This document shows, piece by piece, positions 8,293-15,883 of a DNA stretch of 34,395 nt. Where the stretch lies: the IMG/VR virus record IMGVR_UViG_3300037358_000205; one strand, written 5' to 3'. Every line of letters starts with the position of its first letter. The stretch's first letter is position 1. The notes under the pieces are model-generated. The model had not been told where the DNA came from, searched no databases, and saw only the letters and a program-made list of their open reading frames with translations. Origin of the DNA: an uncultured virus (IMG/VR IMGVR_UViG_3300037358_000205) (taxonomy: Duplodnaviria > Heunggongvirae > Uroviricota > Caudoviricetes). Made by a program: the position numbers and the translations under genes.

Positions 8293-8687
8293 TGTGTGTA
8301 TTTGTTTTGTTGGTTGTTGGTTTGGTTACTGCGGAGAATCTTCCCGCTCCACGACGATCCATTTTTTATCCTACTGGGACTCAGGGTGGGCGTCTGTCAG
8401 ACCATGCCAGGGCCAATCGACGCGGAGCGGGGGAAAGAAGACTGCCCGCCCGGCAGAGGTTCGCGGATACCGTGTGCTCCCGTCTTCGCCTTTTCCCGTT
8501 GGTTCTTCAAGGTGAAGAAAAGGAAGGCGGGGCCGTTGGTCGTTTGAACTTGCAGGGGCGGGTTGCCTCTATCTCTCAGGGTATTTCATGGGAGCGATAT
8601 TCAACCGATGGCGCCTCGGTGTCGTCGCTAACAGCCATTATGAGAGAGCAGGCAAAGTTGCTTCACGCGTGAAGCGTAAGCGGAAAG

Positions 8688-8981
8688 TTACTTTTTGATG
8701 ATACCGTATCGGCCGGGATTGACCCGGACGGTGGCCCATGCGTCGAGCATGGCGCGGTTCCAGAAGATGCGGGCGCGTTCCATGGATGTGGTGCCGGCGC
8801 ATTGCCAGCGGTCGAGCCCTCCGCACTCGGCGAGTTGCTCTTGGAAGTAGTAACTGACCACGGCGCGAAATTTCGCATTGGCGCGGCGCAAGCCGGGGGG
8901 CGGCGGGTCGCCTCCGGTCCACGCGCAACGCTGCGAGCCGGGCGTGAGGAAGGCGAGGTTTGGAATAGGTGTTCTGTTCAT
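8688..8981 (-). CDS. hypothetical protein
   Basis: 97 aa; ATGA overlap with the upstream gene; the TAA stop lies inside AAAGTAACTTT. Confidence 0.55.
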   Translation of the reverse strand: MNRTPIPNLAFLTPGSQRCAWTGGDPPPPGLRRANAKFRAVVSYYFQEQLAECGGLDRWQCAGTTSMERARIFWNRAMLDAWATVRVNPGRYGIIKK

Positions 8982-9397
8982 ACGTGGGGATTGAGCTTGT
9001 TGAAGATGGTTTCCCGCAAACCACGGGCATCAATGATTGGCTCGGTGACGTTGTTCATGCCGGAGCCATAGCGGCCTTCCTGCCACTCCTGGTGATCGGG
9101 ACGCATGGCGACCAGGCGGATGTAGTTCGCCCTATCGTTGGGATCGCCGCAATCGACGAGGGAGATGGTGCCGAAGCCGTCATAGGATTGCGGGGCATTG
9201 GTCTGCCGGATGACGAAGACATCGGGATCGGCGTCGTCGATAATGATGCAGAGACGCATGGATTTGTTACTGGATACGCCGCCGCAAAGGAGGGAGCGGG
9301 CTTCCTTGAGATGGTCGATGACCATTCCGGTATCATCGACGCCTTCGCCCTGTTCGAGCGCGGTGATGGAGCTATTGAGTAGTTGGAGTAATTTCAT
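8978..9397 (-). CDS. hypothetical protein
   Basis: 139 aa, tightly packed in the operon. Confidence 0.65.
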   Translation of the reverse strand: MKLLQLLNSSITALEQGEGVDDTGMVIDHLKEARSLLCGGVSSNKSMRLCIIIDDADPDVFVIRQTNAPQSYDGFGTISLVDCGDPNDRANYIRLVAMRPDHQEWQEGRYGSGMNNVTEPIIDARGLRETIFNKLNPHV

Positions 9398-9406
9398 GGT
9401 TGAGTT

Positions 9407-10045
9407 TCATGTGTGGATGCCGAATTCGTTGCCGTGCGGGATGATGCCGCCATTGAAGCCGAAGCCACCGGGAAAGCGGCCGTCGAAGTAAAACTCCGTG
9501 CCGCAACCGCGGAATTTGGCGAGGGGGAGCATCCGGCGCATTTCGGCAAGGAGCCGTGTCCATTGCTCGATTTCGAGGATGCGATGGAAGTGTGCGAGGG
9601 TTTTTGCCATGCCGTAGGTTTCGCCACGATGGGGCGAGGCGTTCGGATGCCGGATGATCTGCGTGATGCTGAGAGCCGGGATTTCCTCGGGTGCGTTCTT
9701 GAACTTGCGGGCATCGAGGGTGGCGCTGATCTGCTTCGCGTGGAGTTTCGCGAGGACGCGAAAGAGCTTTGCGGTATCGAGGATATAGACGTGGCAGGGG
9801 GCGTGGTACTGGCCGCATTGGACGCGCCGCCAGTCGGCATTGTCGGTGCCCATGCACTTCGAGAGCACGATGCGCCAGGACTGGATGCAAACGACCGTGG
9901 AGAGGTCGAAGCAAGCGCGCTGGTAGCCGATGGGTGCGGTAAGTTCGTCCTTGGTGAGATAGAGGCTTGCGCCGTCCGAGAACTTGAGACAGACGCAATC
10001 CTGACTGTGACTGACTTCGATGCTGAGGATTGGCGGATGGAACAT
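9407..10045 (-). CDS. hypothetical protein
   Basis: Start MFHPP at 10045 follows the palindrome and a CA-rich leader; ends in GFGFNGGIIPHGNEFGIHT. Confidence 0.7.
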   Translation of the reverse strand: MFHPPILSIEVSHSQDCVCLKFSDGASLYLTKDELTAPIGYQRACFDLSTVVCIQSWRIVLSKCMGTDNADWRRVQCGQYHAPCHVYILDTAKLFRVLAKLHAKQISATLDARKFKNAPEEIPALSITQIIRHPNASPHRGETYGMAKTLAHFHRILEIEQWTRLLAEMRRMLPLAKFRGCGTEFYFDGRFPGGFGFNGGIIPHGNEFGIHT

Positions 10046-10106
10046 GGTGTGTGTGGTGTGTTGGTTTTGCTTCACGCGTGAAGCGGTTTTTCTGCGTTGA
10101 TGGGGT

Positions 10107-10505
10107 TCATGGTGTTATGAGTTGGACGGCGATGATTCCCGATGAACGGGAAACCATCATGTTATCGGTGCAAGCGTAGATGGGGCAATCGGCCCAGGCG
10201 GGATGCGAGACGCGGAAGGCTTTGGCGACCTCGACGGCCTTCTGGAAGGTGGGCGCGGGGTCGGGCGTCGGGGTATTTCCATGCTCCCTGATTTCCTGCC
10301 CCTTGCGGTTGCGAGTGGGGAGGGTGAGGGAGAAGCGATTGGCGTTGTAACGCTGGGAGCCTTTCACTTCCCACGGGACGGTCTCGGTGGGTTTGATGAA
10401 GGGGAAGATACTGCTTCCCCCGTGGATAAAGATACCGAAGTGCGCAGGATCGTGGCGGCAATCGTTGCGCTTGTTTTTGAATCCGAAGCGATGTTCGTAG
10501 GGCAT
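10107..10505 (-). CDS. hypothetical protein
   Basis: 132 aa, bounded by the palindromes at 10542 and 10069; CA-rich leader. Confidence 0.65.
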   Translation of the reverse strand: MPYEHRFGFKNKRNDCRHDPAHFGIFIHGGSSIFPFIKPTETVPWEVKGSQRYNANRFSLTLPTRNRKGQEIREHGNTPTPDPAPTFQKAVEVAKAFRVSHPAWADCPIYACTDNMMVSRSSGIIAVQLITP

Positions 10506-10544
10506 TGGTGTGTGTGTGGGTTGGTTGAAAAGTTACTTTTTGCT

Positions 10545-10784
10545 TCACGCGTGAAGCGTGATGGGATTGACGCCGGATAGTTTGGTTTCGCGGGCGAGCA
10601 TTTTTGTCACGAACTCGTCGTATTCGGACTGAGTAAGTTCTTCCCTGCCGGGAAAGCCGTAGGCAAACCTGGAGCCATTCGGCTCGGCGCGGAAGAAAAC
10701 GGCGCGACCGCTGGAAAGGTCGATAGGGGCGTTTGCGTCTAATGCCTTATTGAAGGCTTCGACGGCTTTGGCGTGGTTGGTCAT
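10545..10784 (-). CDS. small hypothetical protein
   Basis: 79 aa; the ATG lies just after the TAAGGCA-N6-CGTATA motif and the stop is in the palindrome (LHA*). Confidence 0.65.
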   Translation of the reverse strand: MTNHAKAVEAFNKALDANAPIDLSSGRAVFFRAEPNGSRFAYGFPGREELTQSEYDEFVTKMLARETKLSGVNPITLHA

Positions 10785-10818
10785 ATCTCTATACGGCGGG
10801 CTGCCTTATGGTTCCGGG

Positions 10819-11439
10819 TTAGTAATTCGCCGCCTCCGCGAATTGGTCGTGGACGCGGCATTCCTTGAACTCCTGCCACTCGGGGCGGCGGATTCGCCGG
10901 CCTTGAAAGTGGGAGCGGGATTTATCCTCGCCTTGCTCCATGTAGCTTTCCGTGGCGGCGAGCTGGTCCAGGGGCGAGAAGTGAGCGCCGGATCGGCGGA
11001 TGCTCCCGTCGCAATCGCGGCCTCCATTGGACCACTCATTGAGGACGATGAGGGGCGCGGTATCGGAAAAACGATCATCGCGCTGATAGGTGTAAAGGTT
11101 GGACTCGAAGGAATACCCCTCGTCATCCGGCGCGGAAAACCCGAAGGCGAGGGATTGGCAGAAGCGCAGGGTGAGCTTCACCCAACTATTGTGATAGAAC
11201 GTCCAGAAACGGGCGTTTGGCGGCTCGTTGCTGATGCGGGTGAAGCCGACAGAATCGACGACATACCGCTCGTTGTAATGGAGGCCAAGGATGTTGAGTG
11301 CGCTGTGGAAATCGGAAGCGATACGCTGGCAAGCGGCTTCCTGTGGATTGTGGCGGGCGAGCTTTTCCAACTCGTCGGCGGTTTGCTGGCGCAACGGGAA
11401 CGGTGCGCCGCGAACGATCTCTTTGTGTATTTCGATCAT
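10819..11439 (-). CDS. hypothetical protein
   Basis: 206 aa, CA-rich leader, RDCDG motif. Confidence 0.7.
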   Translation of the reverse strand: MIEIHKEIVRGAPFPLRQQTADELEKLARHNPQEAACQRIASDFHSALNILGLHYNERYVVDSVGFTRISNEPPNARFWTFYHNSWVKLTLRFCQSLAFGFSAPDDEGYSFESNLYTYQRDDRFSDTAPLIVLNEWSNGGRDCDGSIRRSGAHFSPLDQLAATESYMEQGEDKSRSHFQGRRIRRPEWQEFKECRVHDQFAEAANY

Positions 11440-11619
11440 TGGTGTGTGTGGTGTGGTGTTTGGTTTCTGGCGTTACCGGGCGTCCCCGGTGTTGCCGGAA
11501 GAACCTCCGGCGAGTGGCTTCAACAGTTTGGTTTTTATCGACGCATCCCTGTAAACTGTTCAGGTCCCATACTCATAAGTAGGGTGCGCCGTTTCATGCT
11601 TCACGCGTGAAGCGGAAAG

Positions 11620-11688
11620 TGGCGGCGGTCGGGGATTTCAACCCCACCGGGTTTATTGCCCGGTTTCAGCCGTGTTGCGGCTACCGCC
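11620..11688 (-). ncRNA. tRNA-like RNA (non-canonical cloverleaf, GCCA end)
   Basis: GGCGGT|AGCCG-CAACA-CGGCT|GAA|ACCGGG-CAATAAA-CCCGG|TGGGG-TTGAAAT-CCCCG|ACCGCC|GCCA. Confidence 0.55.
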
Positions 11689-11693
11689 TTTTT

Positions 11694-12611
11694 TTACCGG
11701 CCCGGCATCGTGACGGAATTGAGCGCGGCAAGTGCCTTGGCGAGCGCGGGATTTTTGGGCGCTGCCTTGGGCTTCGGGAAAGGAATGACTTTGGCCGCAA
11801 GCTGCTTCTCGATCATGGAGCCGACATTCGCGCCGATTTCTTCGCGGGGCTTTTCATGCCAGCCTTGCTTGGCGAGATTGAGCGCCCATGCCCCGGCATG
11901 AGGGCGGATGTCCGCCACGGTTTGCGAGTGCAGCCCACCTTCGTCATAGGCGTTGCGGTGGATTCCAATGCTGTCCTGGGTGAATTCATACGGGAGCCAT
12001 GCGTCAAGCTCTATGACGGCGAAGAGAATCTCGGGATCGCGCACGAGCTTATCCCCCGGCAGGAAGTAGGTATGCGAGACGGACACGGTTGGAACGCGGG
12101 CGGGGCAGCGGTGCAGCGGCAGGACTTCGATGGAAAGCGACAGGTAGGATTTGTGCTCGTACTTGCGGGAAAAGAGGGCGCGGCCTTTGAGCGCCTCCTC
12201 GAAGGCGACGGCATCCCCACGGCTTGCGATGACGCGCCGGAGATTCTTCGGGAAGGCGCGAGTGAGAAGGGGATCGAGCGTGGAGGTAATGCGGGTGGTT
12301 TCACCCTTGCCCCCTGTCTGCTGGATATGCCAGAAGGCATCGAACGCGGCCCGCCAGTTCTTAGCGCCGGGATGGGCGAGGGCGTATTGCAGGAAGTTAT
12401 CCCTGATTTCTTCGGCCCGCGCGGGTTCGGCATCTGCCGGGTTATTGGTGAGCATGGCAAACATGCCCTGCGGGAAGGCCGCAATGATGCCGGGCAAGGT
12501 GGAAACCTTGGGGACGCGCACGGCGGGCGCTTTCTTGCTCCGGCGCGTTTTGGGCGCGGGAGCTTCGACGGTGGCGATTGCTTCGCCGGTAAGGACATTG
12601 AGACGAGCCAT
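11694..12611 (-). CDS. DUF6908-like domain protein
   Basis: The C-terminal half YLSLSIE...VSVSHTY..GD..RDPEILF...WLPYEFTQDSIG resembles DUF6908/DUF1249. Confidence 0.6.
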   Translation of the reverse strand: MARLNVLTGEAIATVEAPAPKTRRSKKAPAVRVPKVSTLPGIIAAFPQGMFAMLTNNPADAEPARAEEIRDNFLQYALAHPGAKNWRAAFDAFWHIQQTGGKGETTRITSTLDPLLTRAFPKNLRRVIASRGDAVAFEEALKGRALFSRKYEHKSYLSLSIEVLPLHRCPARVPTVSVSHTYFLPGDKLVRDPEILFAVIELDAWLPYEFTQDSIGIHRNAYDEGGLHSQTVADIRPHAGAWALNLAKQGWHEKPREEIGANVGSMIEKQLAAKVIPFPKPKAAPKNPALAKALAALNSVTMPGR

Positions 12612-12656
12612 AAAAAGTTACTTTTCGGTTTGCGGTTGCTGCTTCACGCGTGAAGC

Positions 12657-12692
12657 AAAAAGGGCGCGGCGGGATGGACCGTCGCGCCCTTT
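12657..12692 (-). terminator. GC-rich hairpin followed by a U tract (probable intrinsic terminator, possibly bidirectional)
   Basis: AAAGGGCGCGGCGG-GATGGA-CCGTCGCGCCCTTT; on the minus strand it ends in TTTTT and abuts the palindrome at 12641. Confidence 0.55.
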
Positions 12693-12718
12693 GGGTGGGT
12701 TTGTGGCGATGCGGATTT

Positions 12719-13129
12719 CTAGGCCGCTTTCTGGAGGGTGAGGCTGATGCGCTCGGCCTGGCCGGCGAAGTACCGCTTGAGATAGACGCGGCCCACGATG
12801 GGGGCCTGGCCTTCGATCTCGACCTCATCGAACACGCGGCAACCCTTCGTGTCCTTGAGGAAGGCGAAGGTGCGGCAGTTCGCGGAGGGGGGCTGGCTGC
12901 CGGTCTTGTCCACGTGGACGCCGATGCTGGGTGCGGACCCGGCAAAGAAGCGTTTCACGTAGAGCGTGCCCATGCTCGGGGGAGTGCCTTCGACTTCGGC
13001 CTCCTCGTAGCGGACGGCGCCGGGAGTTTCCTTGCCGCGCGTCAAGAGGATGACGTTGGCGAGGGCGGTTGCGACGATGGCGGTGGGCGCGATGCGCTTC
13101 GCCGTGGATTTGCTGGATGCTTTCGGCAT
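12719..13129 (-). CDS. hypothetical protein with an internal two-fold repeat
   Basis: KETPGAVRYEEAEVEG..SMGTLYVKRFFAG versus KDTKGCRVFDEVEIEG..IVGRVYLKRYFAG; start MPKAS at 13129. Confidence 0.7.
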   Translation of the reverse strand: MPKASSKSTAKRIAPTAIVATALANVILLTRGKETPGAVRYEEAEVEGTPPSMGTLYVKRFFAGSAPSIGVHVDKTGSQPPSANCRTFAFLKDTKGCRVFDEVEIEGQAPIVGRVYLKRYFAGQAERISLTLQKAA

Positions 13130-13201
13130 TTGATTCCTTTCGGTTTTGTGTGGTTTTTGCTTCACGCGTGAAGCGGCGGCTGTGGTGTTTGCAGCGAAAA
13201 T

Positions 13202-13276
13202 TGGGGCGCGGCTGGGACTCGAACCCAGACGATTACGGGCGAAAGCGCGCAATCGCAGCACGTCCTGCTCCGCACC
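13202..13276 (-). ncRNA. tRNA-like RNA (canonical T-arm, CCA end, no anticodon loop)
   Basis: GGTGCGG|AGCA-GGACG-TGCT|GCGATTGCG-CGCTTTCGCC-CGTAATCGT|CTGGG-TTCGAGT-CCCAG|CCGCGCC|CCA. Confidence 0.65.
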
Positions 13277-13511
13277 TGAAAATATGCAGGTTCGAAGTGC
13301 TTCACGCGTGAAGCGGTAAGCACTTCAAATCTGCACACTTGGTAGTGTGCATCCGTTGTCTCGCTCGCAACGGCGCGGACCTTGTTTGCTCGTCTATGGT
13401 CAAAGACGTGGGCGCTTTGTTGCGCGGTTGGTAGTTACCGTTTAAGTCTCATAACTCCCTTTCTTGGTTTGGTTGAGGGTTAGTCTCTTCCCTCCTATAC
13501 GCTGGACTGCC

Positions 13512-13769
13512 TTACGGTTTTAAGGTGGAAACCAGATACAGGAGGGCCACGACTCCCATCCAGAGGGGGATGGCTAGTATGACAAAAACATGCTCGGGGT
13601 GATTTTGGCCGTAACGCTTCACGCGTGAAGCAATGCCGCGGCCGTACCGGAAGATTCGACGGCGATTTCTCCGGTAATCGCCCCGGCGCATCGTGCGATT
13701 CGAGGGGAGATGATGCAGCCATTCGGCTACGTCTCGGGCGTCATTGCGCCGGATTCCGCAGCCTCGCAT
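13512..13769 (-). CDS. small putative membrane protein
   Basis: 85 aa with a C-terminal hydrophobic segment; reads through the palindrome at 13616. Confidence 0.4.
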   Translation of the reverse strand: MRGCGIRRNDARDVAEWLHHLPSNRTMRRGDYRRNRRRIFRYGRGIASRVKRYGQNHPEHVFVILAIPLWMGVVALLYLVSTLKP

Positions 13770-14135
13770 TTAGTAGCTTGCGCGGTGATGGCTACGCTTG
13801 CCGCTGCTGCTGCCGCTGCCGGCGTTGCTGGCGTTGCTGGCGTGATGGCTGCGACCACCACTGCTGCCGTGGCTCCATGCCGCGTGGCTGGTGGTGCCGG
13901 TGGCCAGGATGAAGGCGAGCGCGATGCACGCGGCGGCGAGGAAGCGCGTTCCGAACCCCGGATGCAAACCGAGGATGACGAACATGGGGCGCTTGCGTGC
14001 GGACAGCTTGAGCGCCCTGCGCTGCTCATCGGGCGCGATGCAGCGCGTTTCGGTGTGCAGGGTGAAGTGGCGCGGCGATTTGCGGCCTGTGGCTGTGAGC
14101 ATTGGCACGGGCGTTGTGACTTTGGCGACGATCAT
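13770..14135 (-). CDS. hypothetical protein with a hydrophobic segment and a Ser/His/Gly-rich tail
   Basis: Start MIVAK at 14135 follows the palindrome; FLAAACIALAFILA is followed by SHGSSGGRSHH. Confidence 0.5.
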   Translation of the reverse strand: MIVAKVTTPVPMLTATGRKSPRHFTLHTETRCIAPDEQRRALKLSARKRPMFVILGLHPGFGTRFLAAACIALAFILATGTTSHAAWSHGSSGGRSHHASNASNAGSGSSSGKRSHHRASY

Positions 14136-14800
14136 TTGCGTGTGTCCTTTCAGGGATGTTGTGTTGTGGTTTACTGCTTCACGCGTGAAGCAATTCGCCT
14201 CGCGCGTTGCAACCCGCTCGCGTCTTGCGTGTGGGTCGCGCTTCACGCGTGAAGCACTCGCAGCGTGTCGCACAGCGTTTCCGCTGTGCTTCACGCGTGA
14301 AGCACTCCGCACGATGAAATCCAAAAAGTTGCTTTTTTTGGCGCACCCCCTTCCTCCGGTAATGGAGGCAAACCATGATCCGCCGCTCGATTCTTTCCCT
14401 CGCCCTTTATACGCTGTGCTGGGTTATGGCTCCCACTGAGAGCACCCTCCTTGGGTTTTTCGAAGCGCCCTTTAAGGGGGGTTTTTTCGGGAGAAAAAAA
14501 GCCGGAAATTTCCCGCCGAAAAAAATTCGGCTCCTATGGGCGCGACCTATACGGGCGCGAAAAAAAATAAAAAATAGAACGGCAAACCGGGCGGATTGCT
14601 TGCCCGGTTTGCCTCTCTTGCTTATCGGCTGATGCGAAGTGCAAGCAATGTGATTGCGGATAGACCGCGACGCATTGCCCGCCTTGCAAGTGCCTTCCTT
14701 GCTTTCGCGCTCATGCTGTCCCCCTTTCATTGTTACCGAATAGACCGCTTGCTAAGTTCGCCCCCTCGCTCCCATAGGAGCAAAGGGGCGTACCAAGCAA

Positions 14801-14822
14801 GGCGGGGGGAATGCCCCCCGCC
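14801..14822 (-). terminator. hairpin downstream of the 14838 gene
   Basis: GGCGGGGGG-AATG-CCCCCCGCC, 15 nt past the stop; weak U tract. Confidence 0.4.
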
Positions 14823-14837
14823 GCTTGTCCTAATCGA

Positions 14838-15575
14838 CTAGGCCGCAACCTTTGCGGCCTTGCCCGGTTTGCCCGCCTTGAGCTTCACAATCTGCCCCAA
14901 CCGCTTGAAAGCAAGGGCAAGCGCCTTGCTTTGCTCCTCGCTGAAATCCGCCTCCCCGATACGGACACCCGCCGCTTGCAAGGTGGCAAGGGCAATTTCC
15001 GCCGGAGACAATTCCTCCCCTTCCTCGCCCTCGCCTTCCCCGCCTTCCCCGCCTTCACCGTCCCCCGCCTCTTGCTTGGCCGGTTTCAATTGGTCGCGAA
15101 GCGTTTCGAGCCTATCCTGCCCGCCCTTTGGCTTGGTACGAATGACAGCCGCCATGCACTCGAAATGCGCAGCCGCTTCAACGTCCCCGAACGGTTTCCC
15201 GTTGACCTCCCGCCCCGCCTCTTGCGCTTCGGGAATCAGGTTAATGATTGCGCTGGCAACGGCCAGCCATCGGGCAGGGATCAAATCGAGTTGAGTCTCC
15301 GAATAGAACCCCGAACCCTCCCCGACACGCGCGCAGCAATTCGCCACGCTCCACGCTTGCGCGGGAATGTCCTTGCGGTCTGCTTTGATGGATTCGGAAA
15401 CGTATTTCTGGACACTCTTCGTGTCCCTTGGCGCTTTGCTGGCAAGCGCCGAAATGAGTTTCCCGAGCCGATGGCAAAGGCCGCCGCTATCGGCCAGCAA
15501 TTGACGCCCCCGCTTGCTCAAATCCGCCACGCTCATTTCCTTGAACGTAGCGAGATTTTCGATTAGTGCTTTCAT
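14838..15575 (-). CDS. hypothetical protein
   Basis: Start MKALIEN at 15575 after a CA-rich leader with AAGGA; contains an acidic GEGGEG linker. Confidence 0.75.
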   Translation of the reverse strand: MKALIENLATFKEMSVADLSKRGRQLLADSGGLCHRLGKLISALASKAPRDTKSVQKYVSESIKADRKDIPAQAWSVANCCARVGEGSGFYSETQLDLIPARWLAVASAIINLIPEAQEAGREVNGKPFGDVEAAAHFECMAAVIRTKPKGGQDRLETLRDQLKPAKQEAGDGEGGEGGEGEGEEGEELSPAEIALATLQAAGVRIGEADFSEEQSKALALAFKRLGQIVKLKAGKPGKAAKVAA

Positions 15576-15833
15576 ACTTAGTTTTCCTTTGTGTGTGTGT
15601 GTTTTGTTTTGTGTAGCTTGGCGGTTTGCCTTGCTTACATTCTTTATACGCCCGATTGCCTTACGGTATTTTTTCCGCCCGGTTTGCTTCACCCGTGAAG
15701 CACTTTCACCCGGTTTGATTCCTTCCGCTTTGCTTCACCCGTGAAGCACTTTCCCGCCCGGTTTGCTACCGTCTAACCGATTCCCTTTCTCCCCTGTCTC
15801 TTATACGCTGGATTGCCTTACCGAATAACAATG

Positions 15834-15866
15834 AAAAAGGCCGCTAGGGTTGAACCTAGCGGCCTT
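15834..15866 (-). terminator. intrinsic terminator
   Basis: AAGGCCGCTAGG-6nt-CCTAGCGGCCTT ending in a U tract on the minus strand, 17 nt after the stop of the 15884 gene. Confidence 0.7.
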
Positions 15867-15883
15867 CCGATTGCTTCTCTTGC

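Larger units (their letters stand above)
10790..15820 (-). promoter_or_regulatory. repeated promoter-like motif TAAGGCA-N6-CGTATA
   Basis: Copies at 10790-10808, 13496-13514, 15645-15663 and 15802-15820, with a variant (TAACCCA-N6-CGTATA) at 14408-14426. All on the minus strand with fixed spacing. Confidence 0.65.

Noticed and set aside
8300..8650. Gene between the palindrome at 8660 and the 8292 gene
   Set aside because: Minus-strand frames give only short ORFs or lack a start. It may be a decayed unit, but no call is supportable.
11620..13276. Canonical tRNA genes
   Set aside because: Both RNAs lack the U8-A9 linker, a standard D-loop, a variable region and a proper anticodon loop, so they are reported as tRNA-like ncRNAs.
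14176..14303. CRISPR array
   Set aside because: The repeats are only 16-20 bp, the spacers are unequal (48 and 32 nt), the same motif is dispersed at gene boundaries, and there are no cas genes.
9407..15692. ORF-track starts reading MKQ/MKR at palindromes and plus-strand ORFs ending in LHA
   Set aside because: These are artefacts of the GTG and TGA inside the palindrome. The real starts are the ATGs after the CA-rich leaders.
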